Source of the DNA: Marispirochaeta sp.
GTDB taxonomy: Bacteria > Spirochaetota > Spirochaetia > JC444 > Marispirochaetaceae
DNA length: 64,000 bases
Direction: 5' to 3'
Assembly (NCBI GenBank): GCA_963676835.2
Contig: CAXXFF010000003.1
Coordinates: forward strand, 384,001 to 448,000
Program-made: the position numbers and the translations under genes
Notes under the pieces: generated by a model
The model's input: only the letters and a program-made list of their open reading frames with translations
Told to the model about the DNA's origin: nothing
The model's database searches: none
Shown: one piece after another, positions 40,114 through 48,245 of the stretch
How positions within the stretch are numbered: the first letter of the stretch is position 1
How the letters are laid out: every line of letters starts with the position of its first letter

Positions 40114-41580
40114 CTATTTGGCTCCGCCTTGTACCGGCGAAAATATAATCGGCACCGTTCCTTTCAGGAACTCCCGCCCTCCATGTTTATTCAGCAGAGT
40201 AGTCTGATCATCCTTTGCCTGCTTATCAACAGCTTCCGGATTAACGCGCAGAAAAAGTTCCCGGCGCAGATCGTTAAGGACTTCAGCATAAGCAGATACT
40301 TCAGCTATATTTGTCAGCTCGTCCGGATCATCTTCAAGATTAAACAGGACCGAAGGATATCCTACATACTGAATGAGTTTGAAATTCTGCTTCCGTATCA
40401 TAAACCCGCCGGTAAAAGAGCCGGATGCATGAAATTCACTGAATACTACCCTGTTTTCTTTATTTTCTCCTCGAGCTAACGGCAGCAATGTTGCTCCTGG
40501 AAGATCCTCATCTGCCTCTAACGGCTTTAGGCCAACGCAATCAAGAATTGTTGGAAAAATGTCTACCAGCGAAATGTTAACATCCACAGTTTCATCTTCA
40601 GGAATATCCGGCCCTGCCATAATAAACGGAATACCTGCAGATCCTTCGAACATACAACTTTTATACCAGAGCCCATGATCTCCAAGCATTTCACCATGAT
40701 CCGTCGAGTAGATAATTCTGGTATTCTCTAATTGCCCGCTTTCTTCCAAGGCCTGTAATACACGGCCAATCTGAGAATCAACATAGCTGCACATACCATA
40801 GTAGGCATGGATGGTCTTACGCAGCTGCTCGGGTGAAAGCTCCTCATCAGTACCCTGATAGTGCCGGTGATCAACACAGAAGGGATACTCAGGTCGCTCA
40901 TTTTTAGCATAGTTTTTGGGAAGAGGAAGGTCCTCCTCATTATAAAGGTCCCAGTATTCCTGAGGCGCAATAAAAGGAAAATGCGGCAGAACAAAACCGA
41001 CCTGCATAACCCATGGCTTGTCCTTGTTCACCGATTCATTCACAAGATAGCTGCATGCTTCATCGGCAATTTGTTTATCAAGCTTTGTATACGATGATTC
41101 TCCGATCTTCGGCTCTCTGACACTTTTCGCCAGCCCTAACTTGCAGGCGTCTCTTTCCCTGATTGCACCGAAAAGATCGCCTATCCCGTCCCTGACATGC
41201 AGCGGCAGCCTCTGATCCTTGAATCCGGTATTATCTTCAGGATACCTGAAATGCAGCTTTCCAAAAGTAGTAACATCGATCCCTTCATTTTCCAGCCGAT
41301 GTCCCCAGCTGTCAAATTCTTCACCAAGGTATGGAAAAGCGTTGTCCCAGAGCTTTAGCTGATTAGCGTACCTTCCGGTGGCAAGACAGGCTCTGGCGGG
41401 AACACAAATCGGACTGTTTGAATATGCACTTGTGAATTTGGTGCCACGCTTTGCCAGAGAGTCTATATTCGGGGTTTTTATATACGGGTTTCCATAACAT
41501 CCAGTCTTTTCTTTACTATGTTGATCTGAGAAAATAAAAAGTAAATTCATTGGTTCGCTTTTCATATATTGAATCTCCAA
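40114..41580 (-). CDS. sulfatase (choline-sulfatase-like, Cys-type)
   Basis: SDQH, TPNID, CVPARA formylglycine motif, GKLH, PHFP and DHGEMLGDH. Confidence 0.9.
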   Translation of the reverse strand: MEIQYMKSEPMNLLFIFSDQHSKEKTGCYGNPYIKTPNIDSLAKRGTKFTSAYSNSPICVPARACLATGRYANQLKLWDNAFPYLGEEFDSWGHRLENEGIDVTTFGKLHFRYPEDNTGFKDQRLPLHVRDGIGDLFGAIRERDACKLGLAKSVREPKIGESSYTKLDKQIADEACSYLVNESVNKDKPWVMQVGFVLPHFPFIAPQEYWDLYNEEDLPLPKNYAKNERPEYPFCVDHRHYQGTDEELSPEQLRKTIHAYYGMCSYVDSQIGRVLQALEESGQLENTRIIYSTDHGEMLGDHGLWYKSCMFEGSAGIPFIMAGPDIPEDETVDVNISLVDIFPTILDCVGLKPLEADEDLPGATLLPLARGENKENRVVFSEFHASGSFTGGFMIRKQNFKLIQYVGYPSVLFNLEDDPDELTNIAEVSAYAEVLNDLRRELFLRVNPEAVDKQAKDDQTTLLNKHGGREFLKGTVPIIFSPVQGGAK

Positions 41581-41602
41581 AGATATTCCATGAATGCTCG
41601 TT

Positions 41603-43105
41603 TCATGCTTCTTTCATATTTTGCGGAACTTTTTTTATGTTTTTATAAACAATACTGCCTATAGCCAGTACGGTCAGGAGTATAAAAAATCCGGAAATCG
41701 GCCTTGTGAGGAAGGGTATAAAACTGCCTTCAGCTTTCAGTAGACCTCTGAGAAGATTCGTTTCAATTATGGGACCCAGAATGAAGCCCAGAACTATGGG
41801 AGGCCGTGGATAGTTGAACTTACTCATACCAAAACCAAGCAGCCCGAACACAAGAATAGTCCATACATCGAACATTCTGTTGTTTATTCCAAACGCTCCG
41901 ACGACACAAAGAGAAAAAATTACCGGTAAAAGAATGCTCTTCGGAACTTTTAATACTTTGACAAACAGGCGGATACCGAAATACTCAATGCAGAACATAA
42001 GAACATTAGCCACAATCAATGCCGCAAAGATTCCATATATAATGTCACCATTTGTTTCAAACAAAAGCGGTCCGGGCTGTATCTGATGCAGCATAAGACC
42101 GGCAAGCAGCATTGCAGTGCCGGAATCTCCCGGTATTCCGAGGGTCAGAAGCGGAATGAGCGCCCCGCCGGAAACTGCATTATTTGAAGACTCTGAGGCA
42201 ACGATTCCGTCAATAATTCCAGTACCGAATTTTTCAGGATGTTTTGACTGATTCCTTGCCGCTCCATAGGCAACAATATTTGAAACACCGGCACCAAGAC
42301 CGGGTAAAGAACCAATGCCAACACCGATCAAGGAAGATCTGCAGAAATTGAATATCTGACTTTTAAACTCGGCGAGAGAAAGGCCCAGTCCTTTCATTTC
42401 AAATTTTGTAAGAATTTCTTTTCGACTGAAAATATTTGAATCAGCGTTGCTAAGCATCTCGGTGATAGCATATACACCGATAAGTGTGGGCAGCAGGCTG
42501 ATACCGCCGTCAAACTGATGGAATCCCATGGTGAACCTTTTAACACCCACCACAGGAGCAATACCTATTGTCGATAACAGTATTCCAATTAAACCGCTCA
42601 CTATACCTTTGGAAAGACTTTTTCCCGACAGACCTGCAATCAAAGTAATTGAGAAAACTCCTACTGCGAAGTATTCAAATGGAGAGAACATTAGCGCTAT
42701 GGTTGAAAGTGGGGGCGCTATAAAAAACAGCATAAGCATTCCGACCATGCCCCCCAGGAATGAAAAGGTTATTCCTATACCCAAAGCCCGTCCGGCTTCA
42801 CCCCGGGCAGCCATAGGATGTCCATCGAATGTTGTAGAAATGGATCCGGGTACACCTGGTATGTTTAAAAGAATTGCTGTAATCAATCCTCCGGAAACAC
42901 CCCCGACATATAAACCGATGATCATCGAGATTGCATTGGTGGCTGTCATTGCGTATGTTATGGGCAGACAGAATGCGATACCCATTGATGTGGATATTCC
43001 CGGTAAGGCTCCAAAGATAATACCGAGGATTACACCTAAAACTATTACAAGAATGGTTTTAAAGGTAAATATTACCTGAAATCCGGTTAACAGAAGTTCC
43101 AGCAT
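41603..43105 (-). CDS. tctA: tripartite tricarboxylate transporter permease TctA
   Basis: GALPG, NIPG.P.S..T.FDGHPMA, ESSNNA..GGALIPLLTLGIPG and LGFILGP..E. Confidence 0.93.
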   Translation of the reverse strand: MLELLLTGFQVIFTFKTILVIVLGVILGIIFGALPGISTSMGIAFCLPITYAMTATNAISMIIGLYVGGVSGGLITAILLNIPGVPGSISTTFDGHPMAARGEAGRALGIGITFSFLGGMVGMLMLFFIAPPLSTIALMFSPFEYFAVGVFSITLIAGLSGKSLSKGIVSGLIGILLSTIGIAPVVGVKRFTMGFHQFDGGISLLPTLIGVYAITEMLSNADSNIFSRKEILTKFEMKGLGLSLAEFKSQIFNFCRSSLIGVGIGSLPGLGAGVSNIVAYGAARNQSKHPEKFGTGIIDGIVASESSNNAVSGGALIPLLTLGIPGDSGTAMLLAGLMLHQIQPGPLLFETNGDIIYGIFAALIVANVLMFCIEYFGIRLFVKVLKVPKSILLPVIFSLCVVGAFGINNRMFDVWTILVFGLLGFGMSKFNYPRPPIVLGFILGPIIETNLLRGLLKAEGSFIPFLTRPISGFFILLTVLAIGSIVYKNIKKVPQNMKEA

Positions 43106-43117
43106 TTTCCCTCTCTC

Positions 43118-43591
43118 CTAACCTAATATTCCCGGTGGGAGTATTACACTTAAAAATTTCTGAAAACTGAAATAAACAGATGAGGCTACTATCAGGGCTG
43201 TTACTGAATACATGATCAGTCCCCTGCCTTTTTTGGGTTTAAATAATTGGAACTGCGCAAAAAGACATAATACTGTCATGATTAAAAATCCAACAGTTTC
43301 AAGAAGTGCCATATATATAACGATTATCAGAACAGTTCCAGCAAGAAGACTTTTTTCTTTCTTTACGATCTTACCTGCATTTGCGGCTTTTGATTCTTCT
43401 TTATTTTTTATTCCCTGATAGATTATAAAAACACTCACAACTCCAAGCAAAAGTGATATAAGCTTAGGCATGAAGCTGGGATCGACATCCACAAACCGGC
43501 TTTGCTTTATTCCATAAGAGGAAAACCAGATTATTAGTGAAACAGCTAAAAACAGAGAACCGGATATAATATCCCTACGGCTTGAAGTCAA
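43118..43591 (-). CDS. tctB: tripartite tricarboxylate transporter TctB
   Basis: Four TM segments; P.FMP, Y..LL..VGF and F...L.V.LP.G. Probable TTG start after GGAG. Confidence 0.85.
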   Translation of the reverse strand: MTSSRRDIISGSLFLAVSLIIWFSSYGIKQSRFVDVDPSFMPKLISLLLGVVSVFIIYQGIKNKEESKAANAGKIVKKEKSLLAGTVLIIVIYMALLETVGFLIMTVLCLFAQFQLFKPKKGRGLIMYSVTALIVASSVYFSFQKFLSVILPPGILG

Positions 43592-43755
43592 TTCTCCCCT
43601 CCTTTATTGGCTGCCCTTAATACTAAGGGCAGCACTATAGCTGGCAAAGATTGGAACAAAACCTCATATTTTATAGTGTCCCAATCTTTACCTATGATTG
43701 GAATTCCCCCAAAATTGTCGACACCTGTTATGCTTAGAATCTAAGGAGAAATCAG

Positions 43756-44043
43756 GTGTCTAAGAGTCCATATTCGGAAGAATTTAAGGCAGAAACTATC
43801 AAGCAAATCATGGAAGAAGGCGTTGGCGTTTTGGCTGTTGCCAAGGCAACCGGTGTTAGCGACGTCACCTTATACAAGTGGCTCAAAGTTGCCGGGTGGA
43901 AATCAGGCGAGTCAAAAGACAAAAAGAAAATTACTGAAGCTGACCAGGAAATAAAGGCGCTTAAGGCAGAGCTTAAGCAGGTCAAAATGGAGCGTGACAT
44001 CCTAAAAAAGGCCGCAGCGTACTTTGCCGGGGAGTCCCTGTAA
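43756..44043 (+). CDS. IS3 OrfA
   Basis: YSEEFK.E, HTH and ERDILKKAAAYFA; A-AAA-AAG -1 frameshift site at 44003-44009. Confidence 0.9.
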   Translation: MSKSPYSEEFKAETIKQIMEEGVGVLAVAKATGVSDVTLYKWLKVAGWKSGESKDKKKITEADQEIKALKAELKQVKMERDILKKAAAYFAGESL

Positions 44044-44900
44044 AGTACGCATTTATCAAAGAACATCGTAGCACTTACCCGGTGCGACAGATGTGCAGGG
44101 CCATGAAAGTCCATCCATCAGGCTTCTATCGGTGGATTAAGAACCCAGAATCCAAACGAGCCATCCAAAACCGGGTAATAACCCAAGAGATCCGCCATTA
44201 TTGGGAAGAAAGTGGAGGCACTTACGGAAGTCCCAATATTCATCAGGATTTCAAGGAGGCTGGCTATTCTTACAGTGTTAACCGTATTGCGCGACTTATG
44301 AAAGAAGCAGGTATACAGGGTGCTCACCGCCGCAAAAAGCATCCTTACATTCCTCCAGAAGGACCTGTACACAGTCTTAATCAGCTCAATCGTGAGTTCA
44401 CTGTTAGCGATCCTAATCGTGTCTGGTGTATCGACATAACATATATTCGAACCTGTGAGGGCTGGCTGTACCTGGCAGTTGTCATAGATCTGTTCAGCAG
44501 GCGAATAGTTGGATGGTCTATGAAGAGTAACCAGAAAACAGCCTTGGTCATGGATGCTTTGTTTATGGCAGTCAAACGAAGACGGCCAAAACAGACAGTT
44601 CTAATTCACTCCGATCAAGGTACCCAGTTCACCAGCTATGAATGGGATAGCTTCTGTGAGTTCCACAATTTGGATCCGAGTATGAGTCGAAGAGGCAATT
44701 GCTGGGATAATGCCGTTGTTGAATCCTTCTTCTCCAGCTTGAAAAAAGAACGGGTAAAGAAAAAAATCTACAAAAACAGGGAGGTAGCACGCAAAGATAT
44801 TTTCAATTACATAGAGTTATTTTACAATCCTAAAAGGCGGCATAGCCATTTGGACCGTCGAAGTCCGGCTCAATTCGAAGCTATGTATTTAACCCCGTAA
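44043..44900 (+). CDS. IS3 OrfB (DDE integrase core), probably expressed by -1 frameshift
   Basis: W..DITY, DLFSRRIVGW, HSDQG.QF and GNCWDNA..ESFF; the frame is -1 relative to OrfA. Confidence 0.92.
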   Translation, partial: KYAFIKEHRSTYPVRQMCRAMKVHPSGFYRWIKNPESKRAIQNRVITQEIRHYWEESGGTYGSPNIHQDFKEAGYSYSVNRIARLMKEAGIQGAHRRKKHPYIPPEGPVHSLNQLNREFTVSDPNRVWCIDITYIRTCEGWLYLAVVIDLFSRRIVGWSMKSNQKTALVMDALFMAVKRRRPKQTVLIHSDQGTQFTSYEWDSFCEFHNLDPSMSRRGNCWDNAVVESFFSSLKKERVKKKIYKNREVARKDIFNYIELFYNPKRRHSHLDRRSPAQFEAMYLTP

Positions 44901-44949
44901 AGTGTCGACAGAATCGGGGGAATTCCAGATTGATCAATATAGTTATCAG

Positions 44950-45921
44950 TTAATCCATCAAGGCACTTTTGTATTTACTGGTTTTTGCGTAAACCTTGTC
45001 CATGTAGCTTTCAGCATCCGTGGAGCCAAAGTATTTGGGAATATTGAAGAAACCTCTTACCTCGGCCTGATACTCTTTGTTATTAACTACAGTCTGAAGC
45101 GCAGATGCGAAAGTATCTACTATCTCTATAGGCGTTTCCGGCGGGAAAGCGTAAAACCAGAATTTATCGAAGGAAATATCTACCCCCTGCTCCATGAATG
45201 TGGGGACATCAGGAAGAAGATCACTTCTTTCTTCAGAAAGAACACCCAGACATACGAAGTCTCCCTTTTTCACATAATCCGCTACACCACCGTAAATAGA
45301 GAACATAACATCAATGTGTCCGCCCATAAGCGCTGCAATCTTGTCTGATTGACCTCCGACATCGGCATACTTAAATTTAATACCCGCAGCTTCCTCTATA
45401 GCTGCTGCTATCATATGGGAGGTTCCACCCAGTTCAAGGGCAAACTCTATCTCACCGGGGCGTGCTTTAGCTGCACTGATAAGATCTTCAAGGGAAGCGT
45501 ATTTACTGCTACCGATAATGGCCATGGTATCGCAGACGATTGGTATACCGGCAACCTCAAAGTCTGTCGGGCCGTAATCCGCAACTTCAAGCATCTTATT
45601 CATAAGACTGCCTTCATGATGAAAAAGCATGGTATACCCGTCAGGATCAGCATCAAAAACCTCTGAACTTCCGATGGTACCGCCTGCTCCCTTAATATTT
45701 GAAACAACCAGTTCTACCCCCAAGATTTCTCTCAGGTATTTATTGGTAAGCCTGGCGTTAACATCGGTTCCGCCACCTGCACCTGCCGGAACTATCACTT
45801 TAATGGGCTTATCAGGGTATGTTGCCCCGCCGGCGTCCTGTTGTCCATTGGCAAAAACCAGACTCCCGATTACCAGCATTACTGCTACTGCTGATAAAGT
45901 TGTTTTCCTAATTGAAATCAT
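44950..45921 (-). CDS. tctC: tripartite tricarboxylate transporter substrate-binding protein TctC (Bug family)
   Basis: YPDKPI..IVP..AGGGTD..AR, N..GAGG, PDGYT and PDVPT..E.G; spirochaetal FANGQQ signal peptide. Confidence 0.9.
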   Translation of the reverse strand: MISIRKTTLSAVAVMLVIGSLVFANGQQDAGGATYPDKPIKVIVPAGAGGGTDVNARLTNKYLREILGVELVVSNIKGAGGTIGSSEVFDADPDGYTMLFHHEGSLMNKMLEVADYGPTDFEVAGIPIVCDTMAIIGSSKYASLEDLISAAKARPGEIEFALELGGTSHMIAAAIEEAAGIKFKYADVGGQSDKIAALMGGHIDVMFSIYGGVADYVKKGDFVCLGVLSEERSDLLPDVPTFMEQGVDISFDKFWFYAFPPETPIEIVDTFASALQTVVNNKEYQAEVRGFFNIPKYFGSTDAESYMDKVYAKTSKYKSALMD

Positions 45922-45935
45922 CTACACACTCCTTA

Positions 45936-45981
45936 TTTTGGATCTAAAATCTATTTTAGATCCAAAACTTCCCTATGTCAA
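45936..45981 (-). promoter_or_regulatory. tctC promoter overlapped by a perfect 15-bp inverted repeat (candidate GntR operator)
   Basis: TTGACA-17 bp-TAAAAT on the minus strand; TTTTGGATCTAAAAT-ct-ATTTTAGATCCAAAA at 45936-45967. Confidence 0.75.
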
Positions 45982-46102
45982 TATTTTGTTTTCTGCGCAG
46001 GTAAATCTTGACGACGAAGAATCTGGGGAAAGAGCAGTTTTTAGACTTGCCCCACATAATTAACAAATTGACCAAGGGCTTTCTCCCCGGTACTCTATCC
46101 CC

Positions 46103-46987
46103 ATGAAATGGGCACTGGTCCTCTCCGGAGGCGGCGGCAACGGGCTGTCACACATCGGCGTTATAAAAGCTCTTGAAGAACTCAACCTTCGTCCCGATCT
46201 GATTGCCGGCACCTCCATCGGTGCGATCATCGGGGGTGCTTATGCCTGCGGTATGGAAGTTGAAGACTTTGAAGAGATGCTGGAATCCTTCGATCTGTTC
46301 CAGTATCTGGAAGGGTTCACATTTCAGCTGAACATCGGAGCGGTCACCAGAGTTCTCCAGGCCGAGGAAGCGATAAACCGGATGCTGGTTTCCCGCGGTG
46401 CAGACGGTGGTTCAAAGATCCACGAACTTCTGCGGCGTATGACCAATAATGCAAGCTTTTCAGATACCCGCATCCCTTTCTACTGCAACGCTGTAGATCT
46501 TACCAACGGCAGGGAAGTAATGCTTCATCGGGGATCTGTTGCAGATGCCATACGTGCATCCATGGCATTCCCGGGAGTATTTACCCCGGTGGAACGGAAC
46601 GGTATGCTTCTCTGCGATGGAGCAGTTTCTGACAACATGCCGGTATGGATTCCCCGATCGATGGGTATAAAACACGTAATCGGGGTTAATGTCACGCCCC
46701 GCAGACCCTCGGGGCCGGAAGACCTCGAAAACGGTTTTTCCATACTTCTCAGGGCTTTTACAGTCGCCTGTTATGGACAGATTCGTTCCGAGGCTGATAC
46801 ACCTACACTTGAACTTATTCCCAATGAAAAAGACGTCCCCCTTGATTTCTCAGACAGCAAAGAGTTAATTAATCTTGGGTATGAAACAGTTATGAATCAA
46901 AAGTCACAGTTAAGAAAGGCATTGAATTTCTGGCCGGCCTTCCGCAGACACTCAAAGGTGAGCGCCGGGCGGAGAGCCGCAGAATAA
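46103..46987 (+). CDS. patatin-like phospholipase
   Basis: LSGGG..G..HIG, GTSIG, AS.AFPG and DGA. Confidence 0.9.
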   Translation: MKWALVLSGGGGNGLSHIGVIKALEELNLRPDLIAGTSIGAIIGGAYACGMEVEDFEEMLESFDLFQYLEGFTFQLNIGAVTRVLQAEEAINRMLVSRGADGGSKIHELLRRMTNNASFSDTRIPFYCNAVDLTNGREVMLHRGSVADAIRASMAFPGVFTPVERNGMLLCDGAVSDNMPVWIPRSMGIKHVIGVNVTPRRPSGPEDLENGFSILLRAFTVACYGQIRSEADTPTLELIPNEKDVPLDFSDSKELINLGYETVMNQKSQLRKALNFWPAFRRHSKVSAGRRAAE

Positions 46988-47012
46988 TAAGAAGGGTTAG
47001 GAAACCTGACAA

Positions 47013-47657
47013 TCAGAGGGTTTTTTCGACATAGACCTCAAAAATCTGACTGCTTTCAAAATTATCTATATTCTTTACATAGGTAAGAAACTTTTCAGCT
47101 TCTGCTTTGTATTTGTAGGGCCCTATGCGCACACGGAAATACTGGGTGCCGTTGACATCTTTGGTAAAGATAACTGATTCAAATTCCTTTTCCTGAAGAC
47201 TTTCTTTCGCCTCTTCTGCGCTCGACCGGTGCGAAAACGATCCGGCCTGAATCCAGTATTCCGTTACTCTCACCTTTTTTACCGGATTTACCGGAGCGGG
47301 CGCAGGCTGTACTGCTTTAGGCGCAGGAACCGCCGCTGGTACCGGAGCCTTTACGATTTCTGCTACCGGTGCAGTCTCCGCTGCGTCCGGGGTAACGTCA
47401 GAATCAGCACCTTCGACGACACCGATCACATAACTTGTTTCACCCGTCTCCCCGGAGGACTCTTCCAGGCCCATGGTTTTTTCATCATCCTTGAGAAAGG
47501 CGGTAACATCAAAATTATCGCTTTCAACTGCCGCAGTGGTAGTTTCGGTCTCGCTGCCTGTTCCCGGGGGGACAAATAGTATAAAAGCTGCGGCCACCAC
47601 TACCAGAACACCGGTAGCCAGTGCGAATATTATCCATAAAATTTTCTGCTGTTCCAT
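47013..47657 (-). CDS. SPOR-domain membrane protein
   Basis: N-terminal TM segment, Pro/Ala-rich linker and YWIQAGSF...A...FRVRIGPY. Confidence 0.88.
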   Translation of the reverse strand: MEQQKILWIIFALATGVLVVVAAAFILFVPPGTGSETETTTAAVESDNFDVTAFLKDDEKTMGLEESSGETGETSYVIGVVEGADSDVTPDAAETAPVAEIVKAPVPAAVPAPKAVQPAPAPVNPVKKVRVTEYWIQAGSFSHRSSAEEAKESLQEKEFESVIFTKDVNGTQYFRVRIGPYKYKAEAEKFLTYVKNIDNFESSQIFEVYVEKTL

Positions 47658-47675
47658 CGATCTCTCCGTAACTGA

Positions 47676-48245
47676 TTAACCCAGAAGGCTATTCAGCTCT
47701 TCGGAAACCCTGCGCTCCAGGCGCTTCCGGTTTCCGGCGTTGACTATATCTATAATATCGACAACTTCCTGATCTTTTTGAGGATACACTTTCTTTTGTG
47801 AACGAATTCTTCTGATAAACCCGGGCAAATCCAAACCGTCCCGCTGCCGGGCGCGAAAAAAACGCTTCCAGACTGGAGCTTTTACCCAGAAAACAGTATC
47901 GCACAACCGGAACAGGCCCATAGGATACAACAGGGCGGCATTCACCACTCCATTTCCGTTTCCGGCACGGATTTTTTCAACCTGTTTTTCGGTCTCCCTG
48001 ATCATCCACGGGTGCAGAATAGACTCAAGCTTTTTGAGCTCCTCAGGATGGGAAAAAACAATCCTGCCAAGTTCTCTGCGGTCCAGGGTCCCGAAGGTGT
48101 TCAGTACTGTTTCCGACATGGCTTCCCGGGCCGCATGACCGAGACTGTCTACATCGATTTCTTCAAAGCCCTTCTCAATGAGAATCTGCCCGACTGTGCT
48201 CTTTCCTGCACAATACTCACCGGCAACCCCTATAATAATACTCAA
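47676..48245 (-). CDS. coaE: dephospho-CoA kinase
   Basis: IIGVAGEYCAGKST, D.D, DRRELG.IVF and LE.ILHP; directly downstream of polA. Confidence 0.9.
   Translation of the reverse strand: MSIIIGVAGEYCAGKSTVGQILIEKGFEEIDVDSLGHAAREAMSETVLNTFGTLDRRELGRIVFSHPEELKKLESILHPWMIRETEKQVEKIRAGNGNGVVNAALLYPMGLFRLCDTVFWVKAPVWKRFFRARQRDGLDLPGFIRRIRSQKKVYPQKDQEVVDIIDIVNAGNRKRLERRVSEELNSLLG

Larger units (their letters stand above)
43699..44927 (+). mobile_element. IS3-family insertion sequence, 1229 bp, 3-bp target duplication GAT
   Basis: TG...CA ends; IRs TGGAATTCCCCC...TGTCGACAC and GTGTCGACA...GGGGGAATTCCA; GAT on both flanks. Confidence 0.95.
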
